Part shown: one piece after another, positions 24,655-32,000 of the stretch | How the letters are laid out: the number at the start of each line of letters is the position of its first letter | How positions within the stretch are numbered: position 1 is the first letter of the stretch | NCBI GenBank assembly: GCA_041662745.1 | Contig: JBAZRV010000002.1 | Span: forward strand, 60,001-92,000 | Reading direction: 5' to 3' | Source: Patescibacteria group bacterium | GTDB lineage: Bacteria > Patescibacteriota > Patescibacteriia > 2-01-FULL-39-33 | DNA: 32,000 nt | The notes under the pieces: generated by a model | The model's input: the letters and a program-made list of their open reading frames with translations, nothing else | Database searches by the model: none | What the model was told of the DNA's origin: nothing | Position numbers and translations under genes: made by a program

Positions 24655-24820
24655 ATTTTTCCTTTCCGGCTTCGCCTAAATCCATTGGCTTAGGCGGTTT
24701 TGCCTTAGTTTTGCCTTAGTTTTGCAGTTAAAATCGTATTGTTAAGGTGCTAAATTGTTGGATAAATTTAACACACAAATACGATTAAGTCAAAATTGAC
24801 GATTATTGCGATAATACCTT

Positions 24821-25375
24821 CTATTTTTTGATGTTTTTCATCAGTTGTTCAACTTGTTGGAATAATTCCCGTTTAGTGCCATTGTTGTCCAGTTGGAATT
24901 TTGCCCGTTTGGCGATTTGCCGGATTTGTTGCTGAAGCGGAACCCGCGAGTCGCTAAGGAATTGCCGCCAGGTTTTGGTTTTATCGTCTATGTTTTGCCG
25001 GCGGTTTTTCAGCCGGGCGAAACGAGTCTTAATTTCGCAGTCAATACCGACCAGATGGAATTCCGGCAGGGTCTTAAGATAAACCATATCCGATTCCAGG
25101 CGGATATTGGGCAGAACCACTAATTTTGATTTGGTTTGTCTGACTTCATCGTAAATAACGCGCGACAGCAGATCTTGGCCGAAGACTTGTCTTAAGTTCA
25201 TACCCAAGTCATCCATATTTTTTCGGTTTATCGGCAGGTATAACCGATTCAGGATATCGCGCAACGGCTGAGAAAAACTGACGGTTTGCGATTTGTATTT
25301 TTTTTTCAGATAAGCGGCGACAGTGTCTTTGCCGGCCGCGATTTCTCCTACCAGGCCCAAAACGATTTTGTTCAT
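24821..25375 (-). CDS. P-loop kinase, dephospho-CoA/dNMP kinase-like
   Basis: IVLGLVGEIAAGKDTVAAYLKKKY P-loop; later IGIDCEIKTRFARLKNR-type region (VGIDCEIKTRFARLKNRRQN). Confidence 0.65.
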   Translation of the reverse strand: MNKIVLGLVGEIAAGKDTVAAYLKKKYKSQTVSFSQPLRDILNRLYLPINRKNMDDLGMNLRQVFGQDLLSRVIYDEVRQTKSKLVVLPNIRLESDMVYLKTLPEFHLVGIDCEIKTRFARLKNRRQNIDDKTKTWRQFLSDSRVPLQQQIRQIAKRAKFQLDNNGTKRELFQQVEQLMKNIKK

Positions 25376-25509
25376 AAATTATTGATATTTGTTGTTTAAT
25401 TAATTGTAGCAAGAATTTTTGAATTTTGGTATTTTAAAATATTCTTTATCTAAATTTAGGCAATATTTTAGTAAATTATGTTAATTTTAACTATTTATAT
25501 TGATTTTGT

Positions 25510-25538
25510 TTGACTTTATTATCTGTCCGTGCTATAAT
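25510..25538 (+). promoter_or_regulatory. near-perfect sigma70-type promoter
   Basis: TTGACT (25510-25515), 17 nt, TATAAT (25533-25538), upstream of the 25622 gene. Confidence 0.7.
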
Positions 25539-25621
25539 TAAATGTCAGTTAGAAGCACCTTAAATCGTTTTTGACTTATTTTTGTTTTGCAAACCGTAAA
25601 CCCGACTGAAAGGAGTGTGCC

Positions 25622-26674
25622 ATGCGCAACGCAAGAGTCATCATCGTTTTGTCAATCATTTATTGTTTCGTTTTCTCTTTCTCCTGTCTGGCCGACGTCT
25701 ACCATGACGCCGATACGAATCAGGATAATGCGATTGATCTCAGCGAATTGCTCCGAGTCATCCAATTCTTCAATAGCGGCGGTTATTACGGTTGCCCGGA
25801 TCAAGGCACGGAAGACGGTTTTTGCCCGGCCGTTGATGACGAGACGACTTTTGATCTCAGTATCGCCGGCCTGAGTTTTATTCCTGAGGCCTTTGATCAT
25901 CCCGACTGGGATCATTTGGTTGCGGAAATCAACGCCACCGAAGTTCCGAGCGGGCCGTTCAAGGTGACGTTTTTCCTGGACAAGACGATTCTCGCCGAAT
26001 ATGAAGCCCAGCCCGTTTCGCAATCCTGGCTCTATGGCGCGCGTCTGCCCGATGACATTGAGCGTGGCATCAAGCATACGGCAACGGTGGAAGTTGATAT
26101 TGACAGTCGTCTTGAAGAGACGGATGAGAATAACAACAACACTTTTAACATTACCTTTACCGTGCCCGAATCCGGCGAGGGTGAGGGTGAAGGCGAAGGT
26201 GAAGGCGAGGGTGAAGGCGAGGGTGAAGGCGAGGGTGAAATAGAGCCAGTGCTCGTTCCAACCATTACTTTTTATTGTCCGACGGCCGAAGACCGGATTG
26301 CGGTGTCCGTCATGATTCCGCGCGTTGATGATCTGCGTTCTTTCCTGGTTGATCCGACTATCGGAGAAATCGCTTATGTCGGAGTCGCCGGCCCTCATGG
26401 CAATTGGAGCTGGGATCCGGAAAACAGTCCGAACAGTCCCGATGTGGTGCCGGTTGAGATTGCGGATCCGGATGTTATCGGCCTGACGACCGGTTTTGAA
26501 CCTTGGGCGTCGGACCATTTCCGAGGAAATCTGTTCGCCGTGGATAATGCCGGCCAAATGTCTTTCTTCAATCTGGAGCAATGGACGGTAAGTTACGGCG
26601 ACAATGAGTCCGTGGTGATTCCGGATGGTGAGGGATTAGTCATTGATTTCTACCGTGATAGTGGCGGTTGTTGA
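25622..26674 (+). CDS. secreted EF-hand/dockerin-like protein with (Gly-Glu)11 linker (paralog 2)
   Basis: Signal peptide; YHDADTNQDNAIDLSELLRVIQFFNSGGYYGCPDQGTEDGFCP; GE repeat; C-terminal domain homologous to the 19181 gene. Confidence 0.85.
   Translation: MRNARVIIVLSIIYCFVFSFSCLADVYHDADTNQDNAIDLSELLRVIQFFNSGGYYGCPDQGTEDGFCPAVDDETTFDLSIAGLSFIPEAFDHPDWDHLVAEINATEVPSGPFKVTFFLDKTILAEYEAQPVSQSWLYGARLPDDIERGIKHTATVEVDIDSRLEETDENNNNTFNITFTVPESGEGEGEGEGEGEGEGEGEGEGEIEPVLVPTITFYCPTAEDRIAVSVMIPRVDDLRSFLVDPTIGEIAYVGVAGPHGNWSWDPENSPNSPDVVPVEIADPDVIGLTTGFEPWASDHFRGNLFAVDNAGQMSFFNLEQWTVSYGDNESVVIPDGEGLVIDFYRDSGGC
26174..26239 (+). repeat. GGYGAR hexanucleotide tandem repeat (11 units)
   Basis: Read directly: ggcgag ggtgag ggtgaa ggcgaa ggtgaa ggcgag ggtgaa ggcgag ggtgaa ggcgag ggtgaa, encoding (GE)11. 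Confidence 0.95.
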
Positions 26675-26693
26675 ATTAAACATTGTACTTTGC

Positions 26694-26725
26694 AAGCGGT
26701 TGGCACATTGCCGGCCGCTTTTTTT
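26694..26725 (+). terminator. Rho-independent terminator of the 25622 gene
   Basis: AAGCGGTTGGC ACATT GCCGGCCGCTT plus T tract. Confidence 0.85.
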
Positions 26726-26829
26726 GTTAAATGGCAAAAGAAAAACCGCTCCCTTTTTCCGCAACCCCCTGAATTTTTTGAAAAATAAAACCCCCGGTTA
26801 TCTGATCGGGGGGGTGCTAATGGTATTCG

Positions 26830-27168
26830 TTAGATTTCAATCTGGTTGTATGGCTCAAGATCCAATAAAATAATGATCGCCTTCAGCAGGATTCCCATTT
26901 TTTTCTGGTTGGGATAGCGGCAACTAACGACCAACTCGTTATGCTGTTTGCCCCGTCTAATCCAATAGTCATTGCCAGTGCCTATTTGGAATTTTTGTTC
27001 TGCTACGTTTTCAAATAGTTGGCCGTCGGCGGTCAAGATTCTGGCGATTCTTTCGCAGTAGATCCGATAGTCCCTGGGCATGAATTTGGGGTTGACGCAG
27101 AATCTAAAACAGAAATGATCCCATGACGGAATGTAGGGCTCTTTCGTTTCGCTTGCATCGGTCGCCAT
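26830..27168 (-). CDS. hypothetical protein, 112 aa
   Basis: Intact ORF with a perfect consensus promoter upstream. Family not recognised. Confidence 0.65.
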   Translation of the reverse strand: MATDASETKEPYIPSWDHFCFRFCVNPKFMPRDYRIYCERIARILTADGQLFENVAEQKFQIGTGNDYWIRRGKQHNELVVSCRYPNQKKMGILLKAIIILLDLEPYNQIEI

Positions 27169-27221
27169 CGCTTTTCTCCTTATGGTTTAAGTTTTAAACT
27201 TTCCAGTTGACTCGTTGGCTT

Positions 27222-27250
27222 ATTATAGTGCCAATTATTGAATTTGTCAA
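27222..27250 (-). promoter_or_regulatory. perfect consensus sigma70-type promoter for the 26830-27168 gene
   Basis: Minus strand TTGACA, 17 nt, TATAAT (plus-strand ATTATA 27222-27227, TGTCAA 27245-27250). Confidence 0.75.
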
Positions 27251-27263
27251 GAGCTGTTAAATA

Positions 27264-27292
27264 TAAAAACCGCCTTGGTAAGCGGCTTTTAT
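27264..27292 (-). terminator. possible terminator downstream of rplA
   Basis: Minus strand AAAAGCCGCTTACCAAGGCGGTTTTTATA. Confidence 0.5.
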
Positions 27293-27324
27293 ATTATATA
27301 GCGGTTTCTGGTCGTGTAATCTAT

Positions 27325-28023
27325 TTATTGTAAATTAACCTTGATGCCGGGGCCCATGGCCGTAGTGATGGTAACGTTTTTAATGAAAGTTCCTTTGGCG
27401 GCAACGGGTTTGGCTTTATTTAGGGCATCCATGAAAGCCTGGTAATTTTCCGCCAATTGGGCCGTCTCAAATGAAGACCGGCCGATCGCCACATGGATGT
27501 TGCCGCTGTCGTCATTTTTGAAAGTAACCTTGCCTTTTTTCAGATTAATGACGGCTTCGGCGATATTATTGGTAACCGTGCCGTCTTTAGGATTAGGCAT
27601 TAGGCCTTTGGGGCCAAGGATTTTAGCGATTGGCGCTAAAAGTTTCATGGCTTCGGGCGTAGCAACCAGGACGTCAAAGTTGATTTTTCCGGTCTTGATT
27701 TCATTGACCAAATCCTGATCGCCGGCCAGGTCGGCGCCGGAGGCCTTGGCGTTCTTGATTTGATCGCCATTAGTGGAAATGACAGCCACCTTGATTGATT
27801 TGCCGGTGCCGTGAGGCAGGGCGGCCGAGCTTCTAACCTGTTGTTCGGTTTTTTTGGGGTTGATTCCCAACTTGACATGAACTTCTACGGACGCGTCAAA
27901 TTTGACGGTTGAGGTTTTTTTGGCCAAATCCACCGCTTCGCCGATGGAGTAGGATTTATTGGCATCTACCAGTTCTTTGGCCGCCAGAAATCTTTTGGAC
28001 GGCTTGTGATCTACTTTTTTCAT
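27325..28023 (-). CDS. rplA: 50S ribosomal protein L1
   Basis: KFDASVEVHVKLGINPKKTEQQVRSSAALPHGTGK, LGPKGLMPNPKDGTVT, NIHVAIGRSSF motifs. Confidence 0.97.
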   Translation of the reverse strand: MKKVDHKPSKRFLAAKELVDANKSYSIGEAVDLAKKTSTVKFDASVEVHVKLGINPKKTEQQVRSSAALPHGTGKSIKVAVISTNGDQIKNAKASGADLAGDQDLVNEIKTGKINFDVLVATPEAMKLLAPIAKILGPKGLMPNPKDGTVTNNIAEAVINLKKGKVTFKNDDSGNIHVAIGRSSFETAQLAENYQAFMDALNKAKPVAAKGTFIKNVTITTAMGPGIKVNLQ

Positions 28024-28122
28024 AATATTTTCGTTTAGTGGTCATGGCGAGCTTGGTCAGCTCTCCCACGTTAATTAATTTTTGTTTCACTTATAATCTT
28101 GTAACTTCGCCAATCGGCCGTA

Positions 28123-28548
28123 TTAGTCAACGACTTCCACGCCCATTTGTTTGCAGGTGCCTTCAATGGTTTTCATGGCAGCCTCAACACTGGTAGTATT
28201 TAAATCAGGCAGTTTTTTTTCGGCCACTTCGCGGATTTGCTTTTTGGTGATTTTGCCGACTTTCTCCTTAAGGGATTTGCCGGAGCCTTTTTCCAGGCCG
28301 ATGGCCTTTTTGATTAAAGCGGAGGCCGGAGCGATTTTCAGGATGAAATCATAGGAGCGATCTTCATAAACCGTGATTTCCACCGGAGTGATTTCACCTT
28401 GGCGATCTTGGCTGGCCGCATTGAACCTTTGGCAGAATTCGGCGATATTAAGGCCGTGTTGGCCTAAAGCCGGACCGACCGGAGGCGCCGGATTGGCCGC
28501 TCCGCCGGGGATTTGCAATTTGATGATTGTCTTGATCTTTTTAGCCAT
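28123..28548 (-). CDS. rplK: 50S ribosomal protein L11
   Basis: [35 protein letters not shown]. Confidence 0.98.
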   Translation of the reverse strand: MAKKIKTIIKLQIPGGAANPAPPVGPALGQHGLNIAEFCQRFNAASQDRQGEITPVEITVYEDRSYDFILKIAPASALIKKAIGLEKGSGKSLKEKVGKITKKQIREVAEKKLPDLNTTSVEAAMKTIEGTCKQMGVEVVD

Positions 28549-28663
28549 AAATTTAAGTTCGTAAAGCTCGCGATTAAGTCGCGAACTAGACCCCTTTGCT
28601 TGTCCAACCTGAGCCGGACGAGAGTCGCCTCTTGCAAGAGTATCGTTTATTTATAATTAATTA

Positions 28664-29209
28664 TTAAATTTTCTTGATTTGTAAAAAGTCTAATTCCACC
28701 GGCGTTTCGCGTCCGAACATATTGATCATTACTTTGATTTTGCCTCTGGTTTCGTCTATTTCTTCCACTTTTCCTTCCATATTCTTGAACGGTCCGTCCA
28801 CAATCCTGACCGGGTCGCCGGCGGCGATGTCAATCTGGAATTCCGGTTCGTTGACGCCCATGCGCTTCTGCAGGGATTTGACTTCCTCTTCAGAAACGGG
28901 AGTCGGGGTATTGCCGGAGCCGACAAAACCGGTAACGTGCGGCGTGTTGCGCACCACATACCAGGAATCATCGGTAACAATCATCTCTACCAGCACGTAG
29001 CCGGGGTAGATTTTTTCTTCCACGATTTTCCGTTTGCCGTTTTTAATGCGGATTTTTTTCTCTTTGGGGATTATGACATTGAAGATTTTGTCTTCCATGT
29101 CCATGGATTCAATACGCTGTTTAAGGTTGTGCTCCACGGCTTCCTCCAAACCGGAGTAGGTGTGGATAACATACCAGCGTCTGCCAAGTTGCAATGTTTG
29201 TTTGGCCAT
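28664..29209 (-). CDS. nusG: transcription termination/antitermination protein NusG
   Basis: RRWYVIHTYSGLEEAVEHNLKQR, YPGYVLVEM, VRNTPHVTGFVG, VRIVDGPFKNMEG motifs. Confidence 0.97.
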   Translation of the reverse strand: MAKQTLQLGRRWYVIHTYSGLEEAVEHNLKQRIESMDMEDKIFNVIIPKEKKIRIKNGKRKIVEEKIYPGYVLVEMIVTDDSWYVVRNTPHVTGFVGSGNTPTPVSEEEVKSLQKRMGVNEPEFQIDIAAGDPVRIVDGPFKNMEGKVEEIDETRGKIKVMINMFGRETPVELDFLQIKKI

Positions 29210-29328
29210 AAATTTAATTTGTAAAGCCTAAAACTGAAAGTCAAAAGTCGTCAACAGGGTAGCAGTTCAACAACTTTATGGAATTTTCGAGCTTAAGACC
29301 TTACGAACTTAATGTGCTATTTAGTAAA

Positions 29329-29529
29329 TTATTTAACAAAATTAATCAGATTTTCCAGCCCTAAAGTCAAAAGGAAATCCACCAGGCCCAAAAACAGGGC
29401 GACGGCCAGAGAAATCCCGATTACCAAAATGGTGTGCTGTTTGATTTCTTTTCTGGTCGGCCAAGTGACGTTTTTCATCTCGGCGTAGGAATCTTTCAGA
29501 TATTTTGCTGTGTTTTCAGTGAAAGACAT
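29329..29529 (-). CDS. secE: preprotein translocase subunit SecE
   Basis: KYLKDSYAEMKNVTWPTRKEIKQHTILVIGISLAVALFLGLVDFLLTLGL, directly upstream of nusG. Confidence 0.95.
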   Translation of the reverse strand: MSFTENTAKYLKDSYAEMKNVTWPTRKEIKQHTILVIGISLAVALFLGLVDFLLTLGLENLINFVK

Positions 29530-29594
29530 AATTTTTGTATTTTAAAACTCCCATTCGGGGGAGCTTTATTGTAGCTGTATTATATACTATTAAG

Positions 29595-29903
29595 TCAGGC
29601 GTTGTCAAGCGCCTCATTGCTCTTTTTTTTGGCTAAGTTATCGGGGTTGGGGGAGTAGAGCTTGTTTTTTATCTTCCATTGGCCGACAAATTGGCCGATA
29701 CCGTCATTTTCCAGCTTGTGTTGGAGTTTTGGCCGGCTTTGCGACCATTTGAGCAGTGATTCAAAATTGATTTTATATACTCCGCGAACCACTATATAAA
29801 GCACTTCGCTGTTGGCGATGGCGCGGCGAACGGTCTTTTCGTTGACCCCAAATAAATTGGCTGCTTGGGATATTGTTACCCTTACTGGCGCTTTTTCTGC
29901 CAT
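29595..29903 (-). CDS. small helix-turn-helix (excisionase/MerR-like HTH) protein
   Basis: RVTISQAANLFGVNEKTVRRAIANSEVLYIVVRGVYKINFESLLKW. Confidence 0.7.
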   Translation of the reverse strand: MAEKAPVRVTISQAANLFGVNEKTVRRAIANSEVLYIVVRGVYKINFESLLKWSQSRPKLQHKLENDGIGQFVGQWKIKNKLYSPNPDNLAKKKSNEALDNA

Positions 29904-29970
29904 AAAATATCTAAATTTAGCAAATTATTGTCTTTTAGCTCAGTTTTAAATGCCTTTTGCTTATGATTTA

Positions 29971-29992
29971 TTGTCCGGACATGTCTGGACAA
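29971..29992. promoter_or_regulatory. candidate operator palindrome
   Basis: TTGTCCGGACATGTCTGGACAA: 22-bp palindrome with one mismatched pair, 68 bp upstream of the HTH gene start. Confidence 0.5.
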
Positions 29993-30413
29993 ATCTTATC
30001 ACGGCGGGGGATTAATGTCAAAAGTTTCGGGGGTATGGCTTTTAATCAATGCTTTATTCTAACAGCAGTCATCGGCGCCTGTGGATAACATCAAGTTAGG
30101 TAATGTTTATTTTATATTTAATCGTATAGGCCTGCTTGCCAGATTGAGCCAAATGGTGCTATAATTAGTTTATTCTTACTCAACTTAGCGGTCAGGGTAA
30201 GTCAAATAAAATAGTAAAATAGCTAAAATAAGCGATTTAATTAAAATCGTGAGTTTTTAGTGTCCGACTGCCGCAGAGGTAAAAAATAAAAAACACCTCG
30301 CCAAAGTCATTTTCATTTGTTTAATTTTGTCTAAAATTAAACAAATAAGTTAATAGTTTTTATTAATCAATAAATGCAAGTGTAACATTTAGCTATTTTT
30401 TCCGTCTAATAAG

Positions 30414-30965
30414 ATGAAGAACCCTATCGCTGACAAAATACTGTTTTTACGGGTGAAAAACAAGGATCACGAGGCCTATGGCCGGTTTTATGATCTTTAT
30501 GTTGAGCGGATTTATCGATTTGTCTATTTTAAGGTCAGTTCGGTTGATGATGCCAAAGACCTGACTTCCGAGGTGTTTCTGAAACTTTGGCAGTACATTA
30601 AAGATGGCAAACCGATTAATAATTTGAATGCTTTGACTTACATGATCGCCCGCAATTGCGTGATAGATTTCTATCGCGCGCGCGCTCGCCGTGATGAGAA
30701 TGAAGAAAAAGTCGCTGATGAGCATATCACTATCATTGATGATGAAGGCGACATCTTGATTCAGAAAATCAAAGACGCGGAGATGGCCGAGGTGCTGGCA
30801 ACATTAAAAAAGCTCAAAGACGAATATCGCGAAGTTATAGTGCTAAGATATCTGGATGAATTGTCCATCAAAGAAATTTCTAAAATTTTAGATAAGTCAC
30901 CCGGTTCGGTGCGCGTTTTGCTTTATCGGGCGCTCAATGCCATTAAAACGACGATTAAACAATAG
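30414..30965 (+). CDS. ECF-type sigma-70 family RNA polymerase sigma factor
   Basis: YDLYVERIYRFVYFKVSSVDDAKDLTSEVFLKLWQYI ... LPDEYREVIVLRYLDELSIKEISKILDKSPGSVRVLLYRALNAIK-type regions. Confidence 0.92.
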   Translation: MKNPIADKILFLRVKNKDHEAYGRFYDLYVERIYRFVYFKVSSVDDAKDLTSEVFLKLWQYIKDGKPINNLNALTYMIARNCVIDFYRARARRDENEEKVADEHITIIDDEGDILIQKIKDAEMAEVLATLKKLKDEYREVIVLRYLDELSIKEISKILDKSPGSVRVLLYRALNAIKTTIKQ

Positions 30966-30967
30966 CT

Positions 30968-32000
30968 GTGTCTCACAAAAATCTCATCAAACAACTAAAG
31001 AAAGTCAAAAACCTCGAAACCGTAGGACGGCCCGAGGCTTCTTGGACTTCCGACAGCCGTGAGATTTTGATGCATCAAATCAATCCGCAGAATAAGGCCG
31101 TGGAGTATTCTCCGATTAAATATTATGCCGAGTTTTTTTCTTCCACTCTGCAACAGAAATTTTTGCGTCCGGCCTTGGTCGCCTTAATGGTGGTCAGCAC
31201 TTTTTTCACTTATTCCGCCTTTACTTTGGCCGCTAAGGCGTCTTTGCCCGGCGAAGCTTTGTATCCCGTCAAGGTGTTTAGCGAGAAAATCCAGTTAGTC
31301 GCGGCTATCGGCAACGAGGCTAAGGTTAAGTTGCAATTGGATTTCATCTCCCGTCGCGGCGATGAATTGCAACAGATTGCCCGTCAGCCGGAAGATGCCA
31401 AAGCCAAATCCGCCAAAATTTCCCAAACAGTCAAGCAAATTACCGAAGATGTTAAGAACATTCAAGATAAAGTGGACAAAATCGCCGTTTCTTCTCCGGC
31501 CACTACTGTTATCAGTACTGCCAAGGTGGTTGATGATAAGACTTTAAAAGTGGAAAAAGACATAGTTGACGCTCATACTGTTTTGTCTACGGAAGTGAAG
31601 AAGGATGTGGCCAAGGATGTCAAAGAAGCGATTGCCACCACTGAAGAAGCCGGTACTAAGGCGCTTTTAATGATGGTGGCCAAATCCGAAGAAAAACAAG
31701 TCAAGGACAATAATCAAGCCGTTCCCACCAAGGAAATCGCCGCTCGCGTGCAAGAAAGAATCAAGAATACCGAGGCCGCGGTGGAAGTTGCCGCCGACGA
31801 GGTCAATAAAATCGCTACCGGTACGCCGGCCATTCTTAATTTGGTTGTTTTATCCAGTGATGGCACTAACAGAATCAGCGGTGTTTCCAGCACCGAAGCC
31901 AACACCACGACCACTTTGAAAGACGCAGTTCAAGATGTTACCGAAAAGCCCAAGCAAGCTCAGGAAGTGATTGAACAAGCCAAGCAAATGCTTGATAAGA
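30968..32000 (+). CDS. membrane protein with coiled-coil-like periplasmic region (DUF5667-like, possible anti-sigma partner), truncated by window end
   Basis: Open frame from GTG at 30968 to the window edge, absent from the supplied track. Translates as SHKNLIKQLKKVKNLETVGRPEASWTSDSREILMHQ...LRPALVALMVVSTFFTYSAFTLAAKASLPGEALYPVKVFSEKIQL... Confidence 0.8.
   Translation, partial: MSHKNLIKQLKKVKNLETVGRPEASWTSDSREILMHQINPQNKAVEYSPIKYYAEFFSSTLQQKFLRPALVALMVVSTFFTYSAFTLAAKASLPGEALYPVKVFSEKIQLVAAIGNEAKVKLQLDFISRRGDELQQIARQPEDAKAKSAKISQTVKQITEDVKNIQDKVDKIAVSSPATTVISTAKVVDDKTLKVEKDIVDAHTVLSTEVKKDVAKDVKEAIATTEEAGTKALLMMVAKSEEKQVKDNNQAVPTKEIAARVQERIKNTEAAVEVAADEVNKIATGTPAILNLVVLSSDGTNRISGVSSTEANTTTTLKDAVQDVTEKPKQAQEVIEQAKQMLDK

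Noticed and set aside
25652-26581. Long minus-strand ORF with TFTLAF repeats
   Set aside because: The repeats are the antisense translation of the GGYGAR tract of a clearly supported plus-strand gene.
1-32000. CRISPR array, Cas genes, diversity-generating retroelement or retron
   Set aside because: No regularly spaced near-identical short repeats with unique spacers, and no Cas or reverse-transcriptase motifs in any translated ORF.

Overview
32 kb window of bacterial chromosome, probably from a Candidate Phyla Radiation (Patescibacteria/Parcubacteria)-like genome; the taxonomy is inferred from gene style, not proven. Housekeeping genes: YbaK-like domain protein, scpA-scpB, D-Ala-D-Ala carboxypeptidase, MazG-like protein, tpiA, class II fba, TPR protein, tRNA-Thr(GGU), tRNA-Tyr(GUA), miaA, gatB, thyX, tmk, rplA-rplK-nusG-secE (minus strand), and a sigma factor followed by a membrane protein truncated by the window edge. 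These are interrupted by accessory genes: a Bro-N protein, a modular Cys-rich secreted protein, a secreted HExxH metalloprotease, an IS481-like element, two paralogous secreted EF-hand/(Gly-Glu)n proteins, and several orphan genes with near-perfect consensus promoters. The most unusual feature is the 8.17-8.66 kb region. The last 16 nt of tRNA-Tyr (AATCCCTCCCGGCCCA) recur twice downstream with a period of ~218 nt. Each unit contains a terminator-like hairpin followed by a ~160-nt potentially structured element. The two elements share a core motif and fold architecture but have very different helix sequences. This resembles in organisation the E. coli tyrT repeats and may be a previously undescribed tRNA-anchored structured RNA or att-like repeat family.
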